Shown: positions 35,677 through 47,031, counted from the first letter of the stretch. The stretch: 64,000 nt of DNA from Gemmatimonadota bacterium (GCA_038153405.1 JAYOYH010000003.1:107258-171257), one strand, 5' to 3'. The notes: a model not told the origin generated them from the letters alone. Numbers and translations are program-made.

Positions 35677-37482
35677 CTACCCCGTGGAAACTTCCCAAAC
35701 TCCCTGTTTGTTTTTCTCGACGTAGCGCTTCTTGCCCCCGCGCATCATCGGCACGAGGCGGTTGAGTTCCTTGTCCTGCTTGGCCAGCACGAACTGACCC
35801 TCTTTTTCTGGGTCGGGCATGATCTTGTAGGGCACCATGCGATCGCCAGCACCCGTGTGAATAATCACTCGGCCAAACTGCACTCCCATTTCGCGCTCCT
35901 CGGCGGTCAGGCGCGAATCGACCGTGCCCGCTTCGGCCTTTTCTACGGCCGCCTTGGCTTTGCGCGCAGCCTCCCGTTCGGCAGTGACCTTCTTTTCCGA
36001 AGCGGCGATAATTTCTTCGCTGCGCTCTTGGATTTCCGCCGTTTCCTCGGCCGTGATATCCGGATAGAGTTTCTCGAGGCGCGAGCGCAGAAACGTTTGC
36101 GCCTTTTCTCTCGCCTCGTCCACGTCCTCCGTCGAGCGAAAGAATTCGTCGACAATGAGATTGATCCGCAGCATGCGCATCTGCTTGCGGAACGGCGTCG
36201 CCTTGAAAACCGACGTTACCAGACCGATCAGGCTGAGCATAGCCGCCGCCAGTCGCACCCGCTCCTCGCGCTCGGGCGCATTGAGCCGAGCCATGACCTG
36301 TGCCTTGCTAAACTCGCGCAGTTCGGCGATAAAATTCTCCTCCACCAGCAGCTTCTCCACCCGGTCCTGGCCGCGTCGCACGATGTAGCTATAGGGCGGC
36401 AAGCGCACCGCGATCATGCGCACTTCGGCATCGCGCCGATCCATCATTTCAATAATTCGGTGCATGGTGTCGTATTCGCCAATCAATTCGTCTAGCATTT
36501 CGCGCCAGACAATTTGGCCGCCATCCGGCGCGTTGACCAATTCCTTGTGGCGAATGAGAAAGCCCAGAGCCAAATCGTAGCGCGGGTCAATGCGCTTCAG
36601 CGCTTCGAACACCTGCGCGTAAATCGCCACATAGTCCACTTCTTCGCGGATCTTTTTTTCGAGGCGATCGCGCGCCTGGCCGCTCAAGATGCTGTTGCGT
36701 ATTTTGCCGGCTTTTTCGCGCTCGATCTTGCCGCTGCGCACGCCGATATCGACCTGGTGCAGTTTGCGCAGGCGCTCGGCATCTTCGGCGCTGATATGCC
36801 CCTGCTCAATATGCGCATCCAGGTTCTTTACCAGTATTTGCATTTGCTGCGCACGCTGCGCGGCCAACCCCTTGCTCTGTTCGTCTTCGCGCTGATTTAT
36901 CTCCTGCTCGTCGGGCTCGGCAGCCGGCCCTTCCAGCAGGCGATCCAAGCCAACTTCCTCCTTGGCCACCACCGACTTTTTTTGCGCGCTGATTTGAGCG
37001 AGTCGAGCAGCCGCGCGTTTTTTCTGCGGATCTTCCTTGCCCATTAAGGTGTTGGAGACCGCGCGCAGACAGTTTTTCTGATTTATCTCCTGAGGCGTCA
37101 AACCGACGTTGGCCAGCACCGCGCGGACCTGATCCTGGCGGAGCAAATCGCGCAGTTCGCCCGAAGCGTGTTCCTGCACCTGACTTATATTCCAGCCCCG
37201 CTTGCGTATCATGCTCAACAGCGAGCGAATAACCCAATTCTCCACGCCGGGAACGGCAAAAGCCTGGGGGTTTTCCGCCAGCATCACTCGGGCCACCCGC
37301 TCCAAGTCGTCTATCGCTTCTTGCGTCGGCCCACTCCCCATCAGCGACTGATAGCCCTCAACCATTGCCTTGTGAAAATGAGCGAGGGAAATAAGCGGCT
37401 CCCCGGCCGTTAGACGGTCTGCAACAAACAGCGCGAGTTGGCTGCGCAACTCGGGGGTAAGCGAATCTGTATTCCGCTCCAT
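35677..37482 (-). CDS. hypothetical highly charged (K/E/R-rich) soluble protein
   Basis: 601 aa. No TM segment, no signal peptide, no recognisable motif. Long predicted helical and coiled-coil stretches. Confidence 0.45.
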   Translation of the reverse strand: MERNTDSLTPELRSQLALFVADRLTAGEPLISLAHFHKAMVEGYQSLMGSGPTQEAIDDLERVARVMLAENPQAFAVPGVENWVIRSLLSMIRKRGWNISQVQEHASGELRDLLRQDQVRAVLANVGLTPQEINQKNCLRAVSNTLMGKEDPQKKRAAARLAQISAQKKSVVAKEEVGLDRLLEGPAAEPDEQEINQREDEQSKGLAAQRAQQMQILVKNLDAHIEQGHISAEDAERLRKLHQVDIGVRSGKIEREKAGKIRNSILSGQARDRLEKKIREEVDYVAIYAQVFEALKRIDPRYDLALGFLIRHKELVNAPDGGQIVWREMLDELIGEYDTMHRIIEMMDRRDAEVRMIAVRLPPYSYIVRRGQDRVEKLLVEENFIAELREFSKAQVMARLNAPEREERVRLAAAMLSLIGLVTSVFKATPFRKQMRMLRINLIVDEFFRSTEDVDEAREKAQTFLRSRLEKLYPDITAEETAEIQERSEEIIAASEKKVTAEREAARKAKAAVEKAEAGTVDSRLTAEEREMGVQFGRVIIHTGAGDRMVPYKIMPDPEKEGQFVLAKQDKELNRLVPMMRGGKKRYVEKNKQGVWEVSTG

Positions 37483-37734
37483 AGCTAAGGCTGAACCATT
37501 GTTATCGCTCCAATAACTTTCGCGAATTCGATTGCATGTACCTCATAGAATTGCACACGTTGCGCATGCAACAAAGCGCCCAAGAACGCCCCCCGAATTG
37601 ACCCCAATGGCCCATTTATTGTCCATATTTAAGATATGCAATACGCAGGCGAGCGCAAAGACGAATAAATGCGAATACGCTCCCTCGCCCCTCTCGTTCG
37701 CTGTGCATCTCACATTGCAATAGGTTCCTATCCG

Positions 37735-37935
37735 GCTTTTTTCTCATTATGAGAGTTTTTGCTTTTTATTTTCAAAAAGAGAAAATATATAATTCATTTA
37801 AAAACATTGTTTTATATTATTTTACCATGTCTCCTTGGATTGAATTTCTCATTTTTAGAATAAATACCCCCTGTGTCCGCTTCGAAAAATGCCCCATTAA
37901 AATTATAACGTTTTTATTAACAGGTATTTAGCCAC
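37735..37935. promoter_or_regulatory. about 200-bp AT-rich island (about 25% GC) upstream of groES
   Basis: Read directly. Strong compositional contrast with the roughly 65% GC background. Contains A/T-tracts. Confidence 0.6.
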
Positions 37936-37943
37936 CTACCTTA

Positions 37944-37970
37944 CCCTATGGCACGAACCTTGCCATAGGG
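37944..37970 (+). promoter_or_regulatory. perfect 10-bp inverted repeat CCCTATGGCA-N7-TGCCATAGGG overlapping a sigma-54-type -24/-12 match
   Basis: Read directly. The -24/-12 match is TGGCACGaaccTTGC at 37949..37963 against the consensus TGGCACG-N4-TTGCW. It lies 45 nt upstream of the groES ATG; the GGAGGT RBS is at 38001. Confidence 0.5.
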
Positions 37971-38014
37971 ACACTTATACCTTTTCACTCAACCTTCTTT
38001 GGAGGTAGTTAAAA

Positions 38015-38311
38015 ATGGCTAAAATCAAAATCCGCCCTCTAGCCGACCGCGTCCTCGTCAAGCGCTTGGACGATGCCGAAGAGCAGAAAGTCGGTGGCAT
38101 CATCATTCCCGACACGGCTAAGGAAAAGCCGCAGGAAGCCGAAGTCGTCGCCATTGGCCCGGGTCGTCTCGAAGACGGCAATCGCGTCGCGCCCGAAGTG
38201 AAAGAAGGCGACAAAGTTCTCATTGGCAAGTATTCGGGCACCGAGGTCAAGGTAGACGGCGAAGACTACTTGATCATGCGCGAAGACGACATTCTCGCCG
38301 TCGTTGGCTAA
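38015..38311 (+). CDS. groES: co-chaperonin GroES
   Basis: 98 aa. [18 protein letters not shown]...[13 protein letters not shown]. Confidence 0.95.
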   Translation: MAKIKIRPLADRVLVKRLDDAEEQKVGGIIIPDTAKEKPQEAEVVAIGPGRLEDGNRVAPEVKEGDKVLIGKYSGTEVKVDGEDYLIMREDDILAVVG

Positions 38312-38342
38312 TCGCTTAAAACAGATCAAGGAGATCCTATAA

Positions 38343-39965
<1,623 letters not shown>

Positions 39966-39986
39966 GTCTTCACTTCAGCAGGCCCT

Positions 39987-40030
39987 ACGACGAGGGCGGT
40001 CGGGTAGACCCCGGCCGCCCTCGTTTTTTA
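39987..40030 (+). terminator. rho-independent terminator of groESL
   Basis: GC stem CGAGGGCGGTCGGG / CCCGGCCGCCCTCG, then TTTTTT. Confidence 0.75.
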
Positions 40031-40042
40031 TGCTGGTGCAGC

Positions 40043-40336
40043 CTAGATAATTTCCAGCAGCTGCACGCCGTAGCTATCGCCGACCACGACCAGCTTGCCG
40101 CGGGCAAAGAGCTTGCCGTTGACCAGCACGTTGACCGGGTCGGGCGCCGACTTGTCGGTGTGCAGCATGGATTGCTCGGCGAGTTCGGCCGCTTGCTCCA
40201 CCGTTATTTCTGCACGCCCCCACTCGACCGTAATCCGCACTTCGACATCCCCCAGCCCGGAGAGCGATTTCAGAGCGGCTGAATCAGCCGCTGCATCGCT
40301 CTTTACAATCGGTAAATCACCCCGTCTTTTATCCAT
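40043..40336 (-). CDS. FliN/SpoA-domain (flagellar motor switch / T3SS sorting-platform type) small protein, orphan
   Basis: C-terminal region ITVEWGRAEITVEQAAELAEQSMLHTD...VNVLVNGKLFARGKLVVVGDSYGVQLLEI matches the FliN/YscQ SpoA fold pattern. ATG 40336; the track's GTG 40381 is an alternative. Confidence 0.45.
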   Translation of the reverse strand: MDKRRGDLPIVKSDAAADSAALKSLSGLGDVEVRITVEWGRAEITVEQAAELAEQSMLHTDKSAPDPVNVLVNGKLFARGKLVVVGDSYGVQLLEII

Positions 40337-40409
40337 ATAACCACCCTTGTCGGCGTATGTAGCAAAGCCTATTTTGTCCACAGTTCAAAACTAATTGCAG
40401 GAGAAAAGC

Positions 40410-41519
40410 ATGGCAACGCTATACGAAAGACTCGGACTGCGCACCTTTATCAACGCCCGCGGCACCATTACGACGCTCGGGGGATCCATTATGCCTCCCG
40501 CCGTCGTCGAAGCCATGGCCGAAGCGTCTCGCCACTTTGTCCACCTCAACGAACTGCACGAGAAGGCCGGTGCGCGCATTGCCGAACTCACCGGTGCCGA
40601 AGGTGCTTTTATATGCGCGGGCGCCGCCAGTGGCCTACTCTTGGCCGGCGCCGCCTGTCTAGCTGGAGAGGACGTCGAGGCGATCCAAAAGCTACCTGAC
40701 ACGGGCGACCGTCCCAACGAGTTTGTCATTAGCCTCGTCGATAGTCACTACTATGTTCACCAGGGCTTTGTCGTGTGCGGTGGGCAGCTGGTCAAGGTCG
40801 GCACGCGCCAGGCCGTCACGCCTCAGGACTACGCCAACGCCCTGGGCAAGCGCACGGCTGCCGTAGTATTTTTCCTAGGCAGCCAGCCCCTCGAACAGCT
40901 GCCTGAAATCATCGCCCTTGCCCACGCGCAACAGGTGCCGGTCATCGTCGATGCCGCCGCCCAACTACCGCCCCGTTCCAACCTGACCGACTTGGCGGCG
41001 ATGGGCGCCGACCTCGTCGTCTTTAGCGGCGGTAAGGGCCTCTTTGGACCGCAGTCGTCGGGCCTGATCTTGGGCCGAGCTGACCTGGTGCGCGCCTGCC
41101 ATCTCAACAGCAATCCCCACTCGGCCGTCGGCCGCGGTATGAAGGTGGGTAAAGAGGAAATCGCCGGACTATTAACGGCGGTCGAGCTCTTTTTTGAAAT
41201 GGACGAAGCGGCCGTCGTGCAGGAGTGGGATCGGCGCTGCCGGCGCATAGCCGAAGCGCTAGCAGGCGTTGGCGGCCTATCGTCGAGCTTCACGCCGGCC
41301 TACCAGAACACGTTTCCACCCGCATCGCCCCTCCTACATCTGCACTTTGACAAAACGGCGGCAAAAACGGCCGCGCAGGTGCGCATCGAGTTGGAGGAAG
41401 GAACGCCCTCGATCTTAGCCAGCGGCGGCGATGATAGCATCACCATTGGACCGCAGACGCTGCAAGAAGGCGAAGCCGAAATCATCGCCGAGCGCCTGCG
41501 CTATATACTCGCGGCTTGA
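40410..41519 (+). CDS. SelA/DgaE-like PLP-dependent enzyme
   Basis: ATG 40410 with AGGAGA RBS. SGGKGLFGP with the presumed PLP lysine. Fold-type I layout. Confidence 0.55.
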   Translation: MATLYERLGLRTFINARGTITTLGGSIMPPAVVEAMAEASRHFVHLNELHEKAGARIAELTGAEGAFICAGAASGLLLAGAACLAGEDVEAIQKLPDTGDRPNEFVISLVDSHYYVHQGFVVCGGQLVKVGTRQAVTPQDYANALGKRTAAVVFFLGSQPLEQLPEIIALAHAQQVPVIVDAAAQLPPRSNLTDLAAMGADLVVFSGGKGLFGPQSSGLILGRADLVRACHLNSNPHSAVGRGMKVGKEEIAGLLTAVELFFEMDEAAVVQEWDRRCRRIAEALAGVGGLSSSFTPAYQNTFPPASPLLHLHFDKTAAKTAAQVRIELEEGTPSILASGGDDSITIGPQTLQEGEAEIIAERLRYILAA

Positions 41520-41564
41520 CGCAATAGGCTGCGCCGATACATTCCCCCTCAAAAGGAGGGCGTT

Positions 41565-41870
41565 ATGATCGAGGACAAAACAAAGCTAACGGCTGAAGAA
41601 GTCGATGCCGAACTCGCATCTCTGGTGGGCTGGCAGCGCGAAGGCACGGTGATATCGCGCGCCTTTACCATGACCAACTTCAAAGACATCACGGCTTTTC
41701 TAAACCATCTGGTGCGCACGATCACCGAGCAGAACCACCATCCCGACTTTTCGCTCGACACTGGCACGCGCACCGTTGCCGTTCACGTTACCACCCACAG
41801 CGAGGGCGCCGTCACGCGCGCCGACCTACTCTTCGCGCGCACGCTCAACGAGTGGCAGCCGGCCTCTTGA
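41565..41870 (+). CDS. phhB: pterin-4a-carbinolamine dehydratase (PCD/DCoH)
   Basis: 101 aa. EQNHHPDFSL...VAVHVTTHS PCD signature. AAGGAGGG RBS. Confidence 0.75.
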   Translation: MIEDKTKLTAEEVDAELASLVGWQREGTVISRAFTMTNFKDITAFLNHLVRTITEQNHHPDFSLDTGTRTVAVHVTTHSEGAVTRADLLFARTLNEWQPAS

Positions 41871-41913
41871 AACCAGCGCCGACCGCATGAGCAGCGGCAC
41901 CGAGAGCGAACGG

Positions 41914-42924
41914 TCAAATGGCGACGCGCCGCTGCCCCTTGGCCGACTGGATTTCCTTCAGGCACAGAGCGAGCGAATTGCGCGCGCTCTGACCGCCTAG
42001 CGTAGTAGACGGCTTGCCGGCCTTTACGGAATCGACCATCTCCTGCAGCTCACCGACAAAGCCGTCCTTGCGCGATAGGCGCGGTTGGCGCACCTTGCCG
42101 TCGGCCGTCAGCAGCTGGGGCGGCTTGCCCCACGAGGAATTAAACTTGAGCGCGGCCTTTTCAAAATAAATATCGTAGCCGTGCTCAAACGGACAGCCCT
42201 GCTGCGATAGCCATCCCCCCTCGGCGCTGATCGCCATATTGCCCGAGTATCCATAGTGAGTGTGGATGTACTCAACGGTTTCTCCCTTGCCGATATAGGC
42301 CTGCGATACGACGGACTTCGGCATGCCGAACAGGTACTGGACAAAATCCGCATCGTGAATGTGCAGGTCGATGGCCGGCCCCCCAGTGCGTTTTAAATCG
42401 TTGGCATTCCACCAGGCAGGCCGAGCAATAGCGCGCTTAAAGTGAGCGGCGTGGACCTTGCCGTACTCACCGCTTTCGACAATGTCCTTGGCCAAGCGAA
42501 ATTCGGGGAAGTAGCGCAGCACGTGCGCCACCATAAACTGCCGCCGCTGCTTTTTGGCTGTGGCGATCAACCGATCGGCATCGGGCAGCGACAGCGCGAT
42601 GGGTTTTTCTAAAAAAACGTGCTTGCCCGCCTGCAGGGAGCGCAGCGCCGTATCTACGTGCAGCGACGTGGGCAGGCAGATATCGACGACGTCAATCTGC
42701 GGATCGCCCAGCAGTTCATCTAACGTCCCGTAGGTCTTTACCCGGCTCAGATCCTGAACGCCGCCGCGCCCGCCAAAGTTGCCCTGAATGGCGCTCCAAT
42801 TACCGCGCCGTTTTTTTTCGTCGCGCGTGACAATGGCCGATACGCGCCCGCCGCGCACCTGCTGCAACGCCTTAAAATGCGTTACGCCCATAAATCCAAT
42901 GCCGACAATACCCACGTTGACCAT
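41914..42924 (-). CDS. Gfo/Idh/MocA-family NAD(P)-dependent oxidoreductase
   Basis: ATG 42924 with perfect AGGAGG RBS. MVNVGIVGIGFMGVTHFKAL N-terminal Rossmann motif. Confidence 0.75.
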   Translation of the reverse strand: MVNVGIVGIGFMGVTHFKALQQVRGGRVSAIVTRDEKKRRGNWSAIQGNFGGRGGVQDLSRVKTYGTLDELLGDPQIDVVDICLPTSLHVDTALRSLQAGKHVFLEKPIALSLPDADRLIATAKKQRRQFMVAHVLRYFPEFRLAKDIVESGEYGKVHAAHFKRAIARPAWWNANDLKRTGGPAIDLHIHDADFVQYLFGMPKSVVSQAYIGKGETVEYIHTHYGYSGNMAISAEGGWLSQQGCPFEHGYDIYFEKAALKFNSSWGKPPQLLTADGKVRQPRLSRKDGFVGELQEMVDSVKAGKPSTTLGGQSARNSLALCLKEIQSAKGQRRVAI

Positions 42925-42984
42925 AGTGTCCTCCTTGGTGTATAGACCTACAATAGACGGCGGCCAAACGGACGTCAAGCGATC

Positions 42985-45900
42985 TCAGCGCACCAGCGCT
43001 AGTGAACCGACTTTGCTCTGTCCCCCGGCTATTATGCGATAGTAGTACACGCCCGAAGCCAGCGGAGTGCCCGCTTCGTTGGCCCCGTCCCACAGCAGAC
43101 CGCCGTCGCCGTCGCGCTCCTCCAACCGGCGCAGCACTTGGCCTTGCGCATCGTAGATGGCGACGGTAGACTGCGGCGGCAGAAAGCCAAATACCAGCGA
43201 GCCGCGACGGGCGATATACGGATTGGGAAAAGGGCCCGCGCGACGCAGGTCGGCAGCGGCAAACAGAAAGCGCGATTCGCCGTGCACCGACAAACCATCT
43301 TCGTCCAATAGCCCGTCGACGACCGCCCGGTAGGCGCGCCCGAGCGGTTGCAGGGCATCTTCTTCAGCCAGGGTTAATATTACCCGAGTACCGTCGACGC
43401 GAACGGCCTCTATAACAATTCCATCGCCCAGCGAGAACGGGCTGACATCCTCGGTCGGCCGTATCGCTTTATCAAAGTCCAGCACGACGCGGTGTGCATC
43501 CAGCGCCTCGGCCCCTAGCAGGCGGGCGCTGCGCGCCTGGGCAACGAGGACAAAGTGGGTAGATGTTTCTGCGAGCAGACCCCCGCCCTCGGCGCGCAGG
43601 CCGTTGGCAATCAATTCGAACGCGCCGGAGTCGGGCAGAACCGATGCAAAGGCCAACACCGCGCGCATTCCCCCCCGGTCAAATACAGCCGATGAAGGGA
43701 TGCCTATATGGGGTTCAACCCGAAACCGAAAAGGCTCGTCATCGGCACGCCGCATCGCCTGGCTAAAGGCGACGGCAAGATGCCGCGGCGACAGGCGCGC
43801 TATCCGCTCAATGCGCGGCTGCGGCTGCGGCACGACGAGAAGCTCGGCGGAAGGCAACCCTAAGGCACCATCGGCTGCAACGGCCCGCACAAGGTAGCGC
43901 AGCGGCGTCTGACCATCGCCCTCTAACACGTCCACATAAGCGGTCTGTCCGCTCTCGCCTACTGCAACCCCGTCGCGATACACTCGGTAGCCGACCGCGC
44001 CCTCTACGGCCTGCCATTCGATCTGCACGCGGTCGCTGGCCAGGGGGAACGCATCGACATTGGCCGGAGGAAAGAGCTCATCGCCCTTCCCTCCATACTG
44101 AGCAACGACGACTCCATCTTCGCCATTGAATCCCAGTTCGGAACGTCCATCGCCGTCGAGATCTCCGAAAAAGGGCCGCTGAGTAGCCACTGCTCGCCCG
44201 CGCCATACCGGCTCGTAGGTATCGGTAGCCGGACTGAAAAAGACGTAGACGTCGGGCACCGCCACCAGCGCCCATTCAATTTGCCCGTCGCCGTTGAGAT
44301 CGCCGCAGTGAATGCCGCTGCCGGCAAATGACGTTCCCAGAATGCGCCCCTGCCATTCGAGGGCGTATTGATCGTTGCCCACAGCACCGTATACCTCGAC
44401 CTGCCAACCGCGTGCATCGACATTAAACGGGTCGTCGTAAAATCGCCCGACCACGAATTCCATTTGGCCATCGGCATCCAAGTCGACCCCACCGCCCACC
44501 GTGCGCGCGTCGCCGTCGCCGTCGTGTTCCCAGGTCGTGCGATACGTGCCGTTGGCCACGGCCTCAAATACAAATAGATCGCCGTCGCCATCGCCGCCAA
44601 TCAGTTCACCGCGCCCGTCGCCGTCCAAGTCGCCAACCACTTGTCGCTGGCCGAGTTCATTGGATCCGTCGCTGGTGCGATTGAGCACTGCCACTTCGAC
44701 GTAATCGTTATCGCTCTGCGCTTCAAAGACCTGAACGTAGGAACCCTTTGCCGAGCGCAGCAAGAACTCGTCGCGCCCATCGCCGTCCAAATCGGCGACC
44801 TCTCCCCCCCATACGCCGCGCTGTTCCCAGGCCAACTGACGCGGGAAAGCACCTGGCGATGGGGCCTCAAATAGCCGCACGCGCTGCGCGTCGACGCCCA
44901 GCACTTCCAGCAGGCCGTCGCCGTCGCCATCGCCTGCGTGCCAGGGAATATACAGCTGCAGCGAAGTAAAGATGCGCGATAGCGCCGAGCCATCTATCTG
45001 ATAGTAGTCAACCGCATTATACTGCAAGCCGCCGCCGTAGCCCATCTGCACCAGTTCCATTTGCCCGTCGCCGTTGGCATCCACCGCGCTCGGCAGGACA
45101 TAGCCTGCAGGCAACTCAAACCCGGGGCGCAGCGGCCAGCGTACTATGCTCTCGTTGCGCAGCTCAACGCCCTCAAGGCGCTCCCAAACTCCCCGTTGGC
45201 CGGCGGCCGATTCGGCGCGCGCGGAAATGGTATACACCCCCGTTGGCAGATCGGTCGGTAGGACTACGCGCTGACTGAGCGCGCTGGCTACCTGTGCCTC
45301 GTACACCACTTGTCCAGCGCGTTCAACAATCAGCCGCCCCGCGCTCTCCCCGGCCGTTTCCCACTCGACGATCTGACGCCAGGCCCCAGCCAGCAGCGCA
45401 GGCGCAGTGCGCAAGCGCAAGATCGGCTCGGCAGACTGCGTCACCCAAACCCGCACGCGGTCCTCCACCCACCGCTGGCCCCAACGAGCGCGCAGCCGCA
45501 GCTGGTACGGTCCTGGCGATAGGCCCTCGGTGAACCAACTCAACCCACCGCGTTCTTCCGCACCCATTGCGCCCGCGGCAATTGCATACCACGCCGGTGG
45601 CTCGCTGCCTGCTCCCCATTCCACCCGCCATTCGTCGACGTCTTCAACGCCCAGTTCGATAGGCACTTCGCCATTGCCAACACCGCCATCTTGGACGGGT
45701 TCGACAATGCGCGCCAGCGGTACGCGGTCCTCTTCGAGTGCAGCAAAGTGCGCCAAACCGGCCCCCGAGTAGCCATCCCACCCCGGCGCCAGCACGTCGA
45801 CAGCCGACGCCCGCAGCGCGGCGCGAACCTGCTCGTCGAGCCATTGCGGCTGCCGTCCCAGCAGCAGCGCAGCCAAGCCGGCCACGTGCGGGGCGGCCAT

Positions 45901-47031
45901 TGACGTGCCAGAGCGCTGGACATATCCGCCCCCCGGCAGCAGACCGGCGACGATGTACCCCGGCGCAACGAGATCTATACTCGGTCCGAAGTTGGAAAAA
46001 GCCAGCACCTCGCCACTCGGCGCCGATGCGCCCACCGCAATGGTCTCCGACAGACGAGCGGGAAAGAACACGGCATCTTCGCCCTCGTTGCCCGCGGCTG
46101 CGACAAGGACGAGACCGGCATCGTGCGCATAGCGCACGGCATCGCGAATGAGGGGGCCGGGACTGGGATCTCCCCAGCTCATATTGATGACGCGCGCGCC
46201 GTTATCAACTGCGTATAGGATGGCCGCGGCAATATCGTCGTCTTCTAAGTACCCCCCTCCCGGCAAATTAAACCCGGCGCGCAGCACCATGATGCGCGCA
46301 TTCGACGCCACTCCCGCAACGCCGATGCCATTGTCGGCAACGGCGGCAATAATGCCTGCCACGTGCGTGCCGTGTCCGGATTCGTCGCGCGGATCGCTAT
46401 CGCGCTGGAGAAAGTCACCTACCCCCGGCAGTCCAGGCGCATCGCTGAAATCCCAGCCGACTATATCGTCGACATAGCCGTTGCCATCATCGTCGACACC
46501 CGTTACTCCGTCCGCCTCGGCGCGGTTATGCCAAATCTGCCCTTGCAAGTCGGGGTGTTCAATGTCGACACCGGAGTCGATAACCGCTACGATTACTGGG
46601 CCAGCTTCTACATCGGAGCGCCAGCCGATTGCATCCAGTGCCCACTGTTCACCCCGCAGCGAATCGACGCGGGTCGATGCGGGGCGGCGCAACACGTTGG
46701 CCTGTGCCTGTTCCACGCCGTGCCATTGAGCAGCGCGCTGAGCCCAGGCAATGGGGTCGGCCTGTGGGTCAATGGAAACTCGGTACCAGCGCTCCAAGAC
46801 GTCTATCGTCGCGCGCTTGGCACGGGGGCGAGCAGCGTGGCTAAAGAGGGGTTCGGGCACCGTCCGCGCGCCCATCGACTGTAGAACGGCCGCCGCATCG
46901 CCTGCCGATTTTGCCGCACCGGCGCGCAGGCGCAGCAGCACTTCTCCCGGCACCACGCCACCGACCTGTGCGTCTACTGCACGGGCCATAATCAGCCCGT
47001 AGATGAGCAAAACAGTCCATTTCATATGCAT
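42985..47031 (-). CDS. secreted subtilisin-like S8 serine peptidase with FG-GAP/VCBS repeats and T9SS-type C-terminal sorting domain
   Basis: 1348 aa. Signal peptide. Catalytic triad contexts VAVIDSGVD, HGTHVAGI and GTSMAAPHVAG. DLDGDG repeats. C-terminal AIYDAQGQVLRRL...WDGANEAGTPLASGVYYYRI. Confidence 0.8.
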   Translation of the reverse strand: MHMKWTVLLIYGLIMARAVDAQVGGVVPGEVLLRLRAGAAKSAGDAAAVLQSMGARTVPEPLFSHAARPRAKRATIDVLERWYRVSIDPQADPIAWAQRAAQWHGVEQAQANVLRRPASTRVDSLRGEQWALDAIGWRSDVEAGPVIVAVIDSGVDIEHPDLQGQIWHNRAEADGVTGVDDDGNGYVDDIVGWDFSDAPGLPGVGDFLQRDSDPRDESGHGTHVAGIIAAVADNGIGVAGVASNARIMVLRAGFNLPGGGYLEDDDIAAAILYAVDNGARVINMSWGDPSPGPLIRDAVRYAHDAGLVLVAAAGNEGEDAVFFPARLSETIAVGASAPSGEVLAFSNFGPSIDLVAPGYIVAGLLPGGGYVQRSGTSMAAPHVAGLAALLLGRQPQWLDEQVRAALRASAVDVLAPGWDGYSGAGLAHFAALEEDRVPLARIVEPVQDGGVGNGEVPIELGVEDVDEWRVEWGAGSEPPAWYAIAAGAMGAEERGGLSWFTEGLSPGPYQLRLRARWGQRWVEDRVRVWVTQSAEPILRLRTAPALLAGAWRQIVEWETAGESAGRLIVERAGQVVYEAQVASALSQRVVLPTDLPTGVYTISARAESAAGQRGVWERLEGVELRNESIVRWPLRPGFELPAGYVLPSAVDANGDGQMELVQMGYGGGLQYNAVDYYQIDGSALSRIFTSLQLYIPWHAGDGDGDGLLEVLGVDAQRVRLFEAPSPGAFPRQLAWEQRGVWGGEVADLDGDGRDEFLLRSAKGSYVQVFEAQSDNDYVEVAVLNRTSDGSNELGQRQVVGDLDGDGRGELIGGDGDGDLFVFEAVANGTYRTTWEHDGDGDARTVGGGVDLDADGQMEFVVGRFYDDPFNVDARGWQVEVYGAVGNDQYALEWQGRILGTSFAGSGIHCGDLNGDGQIEWALVAVPDVYVFFSPATDTYEPVWRGRAVATQRPFFGDLDGDGRSELGFNGEDGVVVAQYGGKGDELFPPANVDAFPLASDRVQIEWQAVEGAVGYRVYRDGVAVGESGQTAYVDVLEGDGQTPLRYLVRAVAADGALGLPSAELLVVPQPQPRIERIARLSPRHLAVAFSQAMRRADDEPFRFRVEPHIGIPSSAVFDRGGMRAVLAFASVLPDSGAFELIANGLRAEGGGLLAETSTHFVLVAQARSARLLGAEALDAHRVVLDFDKAIRPTEDVSPFSLGDGIVIEAVRVDGTRVILTLAEEDALQPLGRAYRAVVDGLLDEDGLSVHGESRFLFAAADLRRAGPFPNPYIARRGSLVFGFLPPQSTVAIYDAQGQVLRRLEERDGDGGLLWDGANEAGTPLASGVYYYRIIAGGQSKVGSLALVR

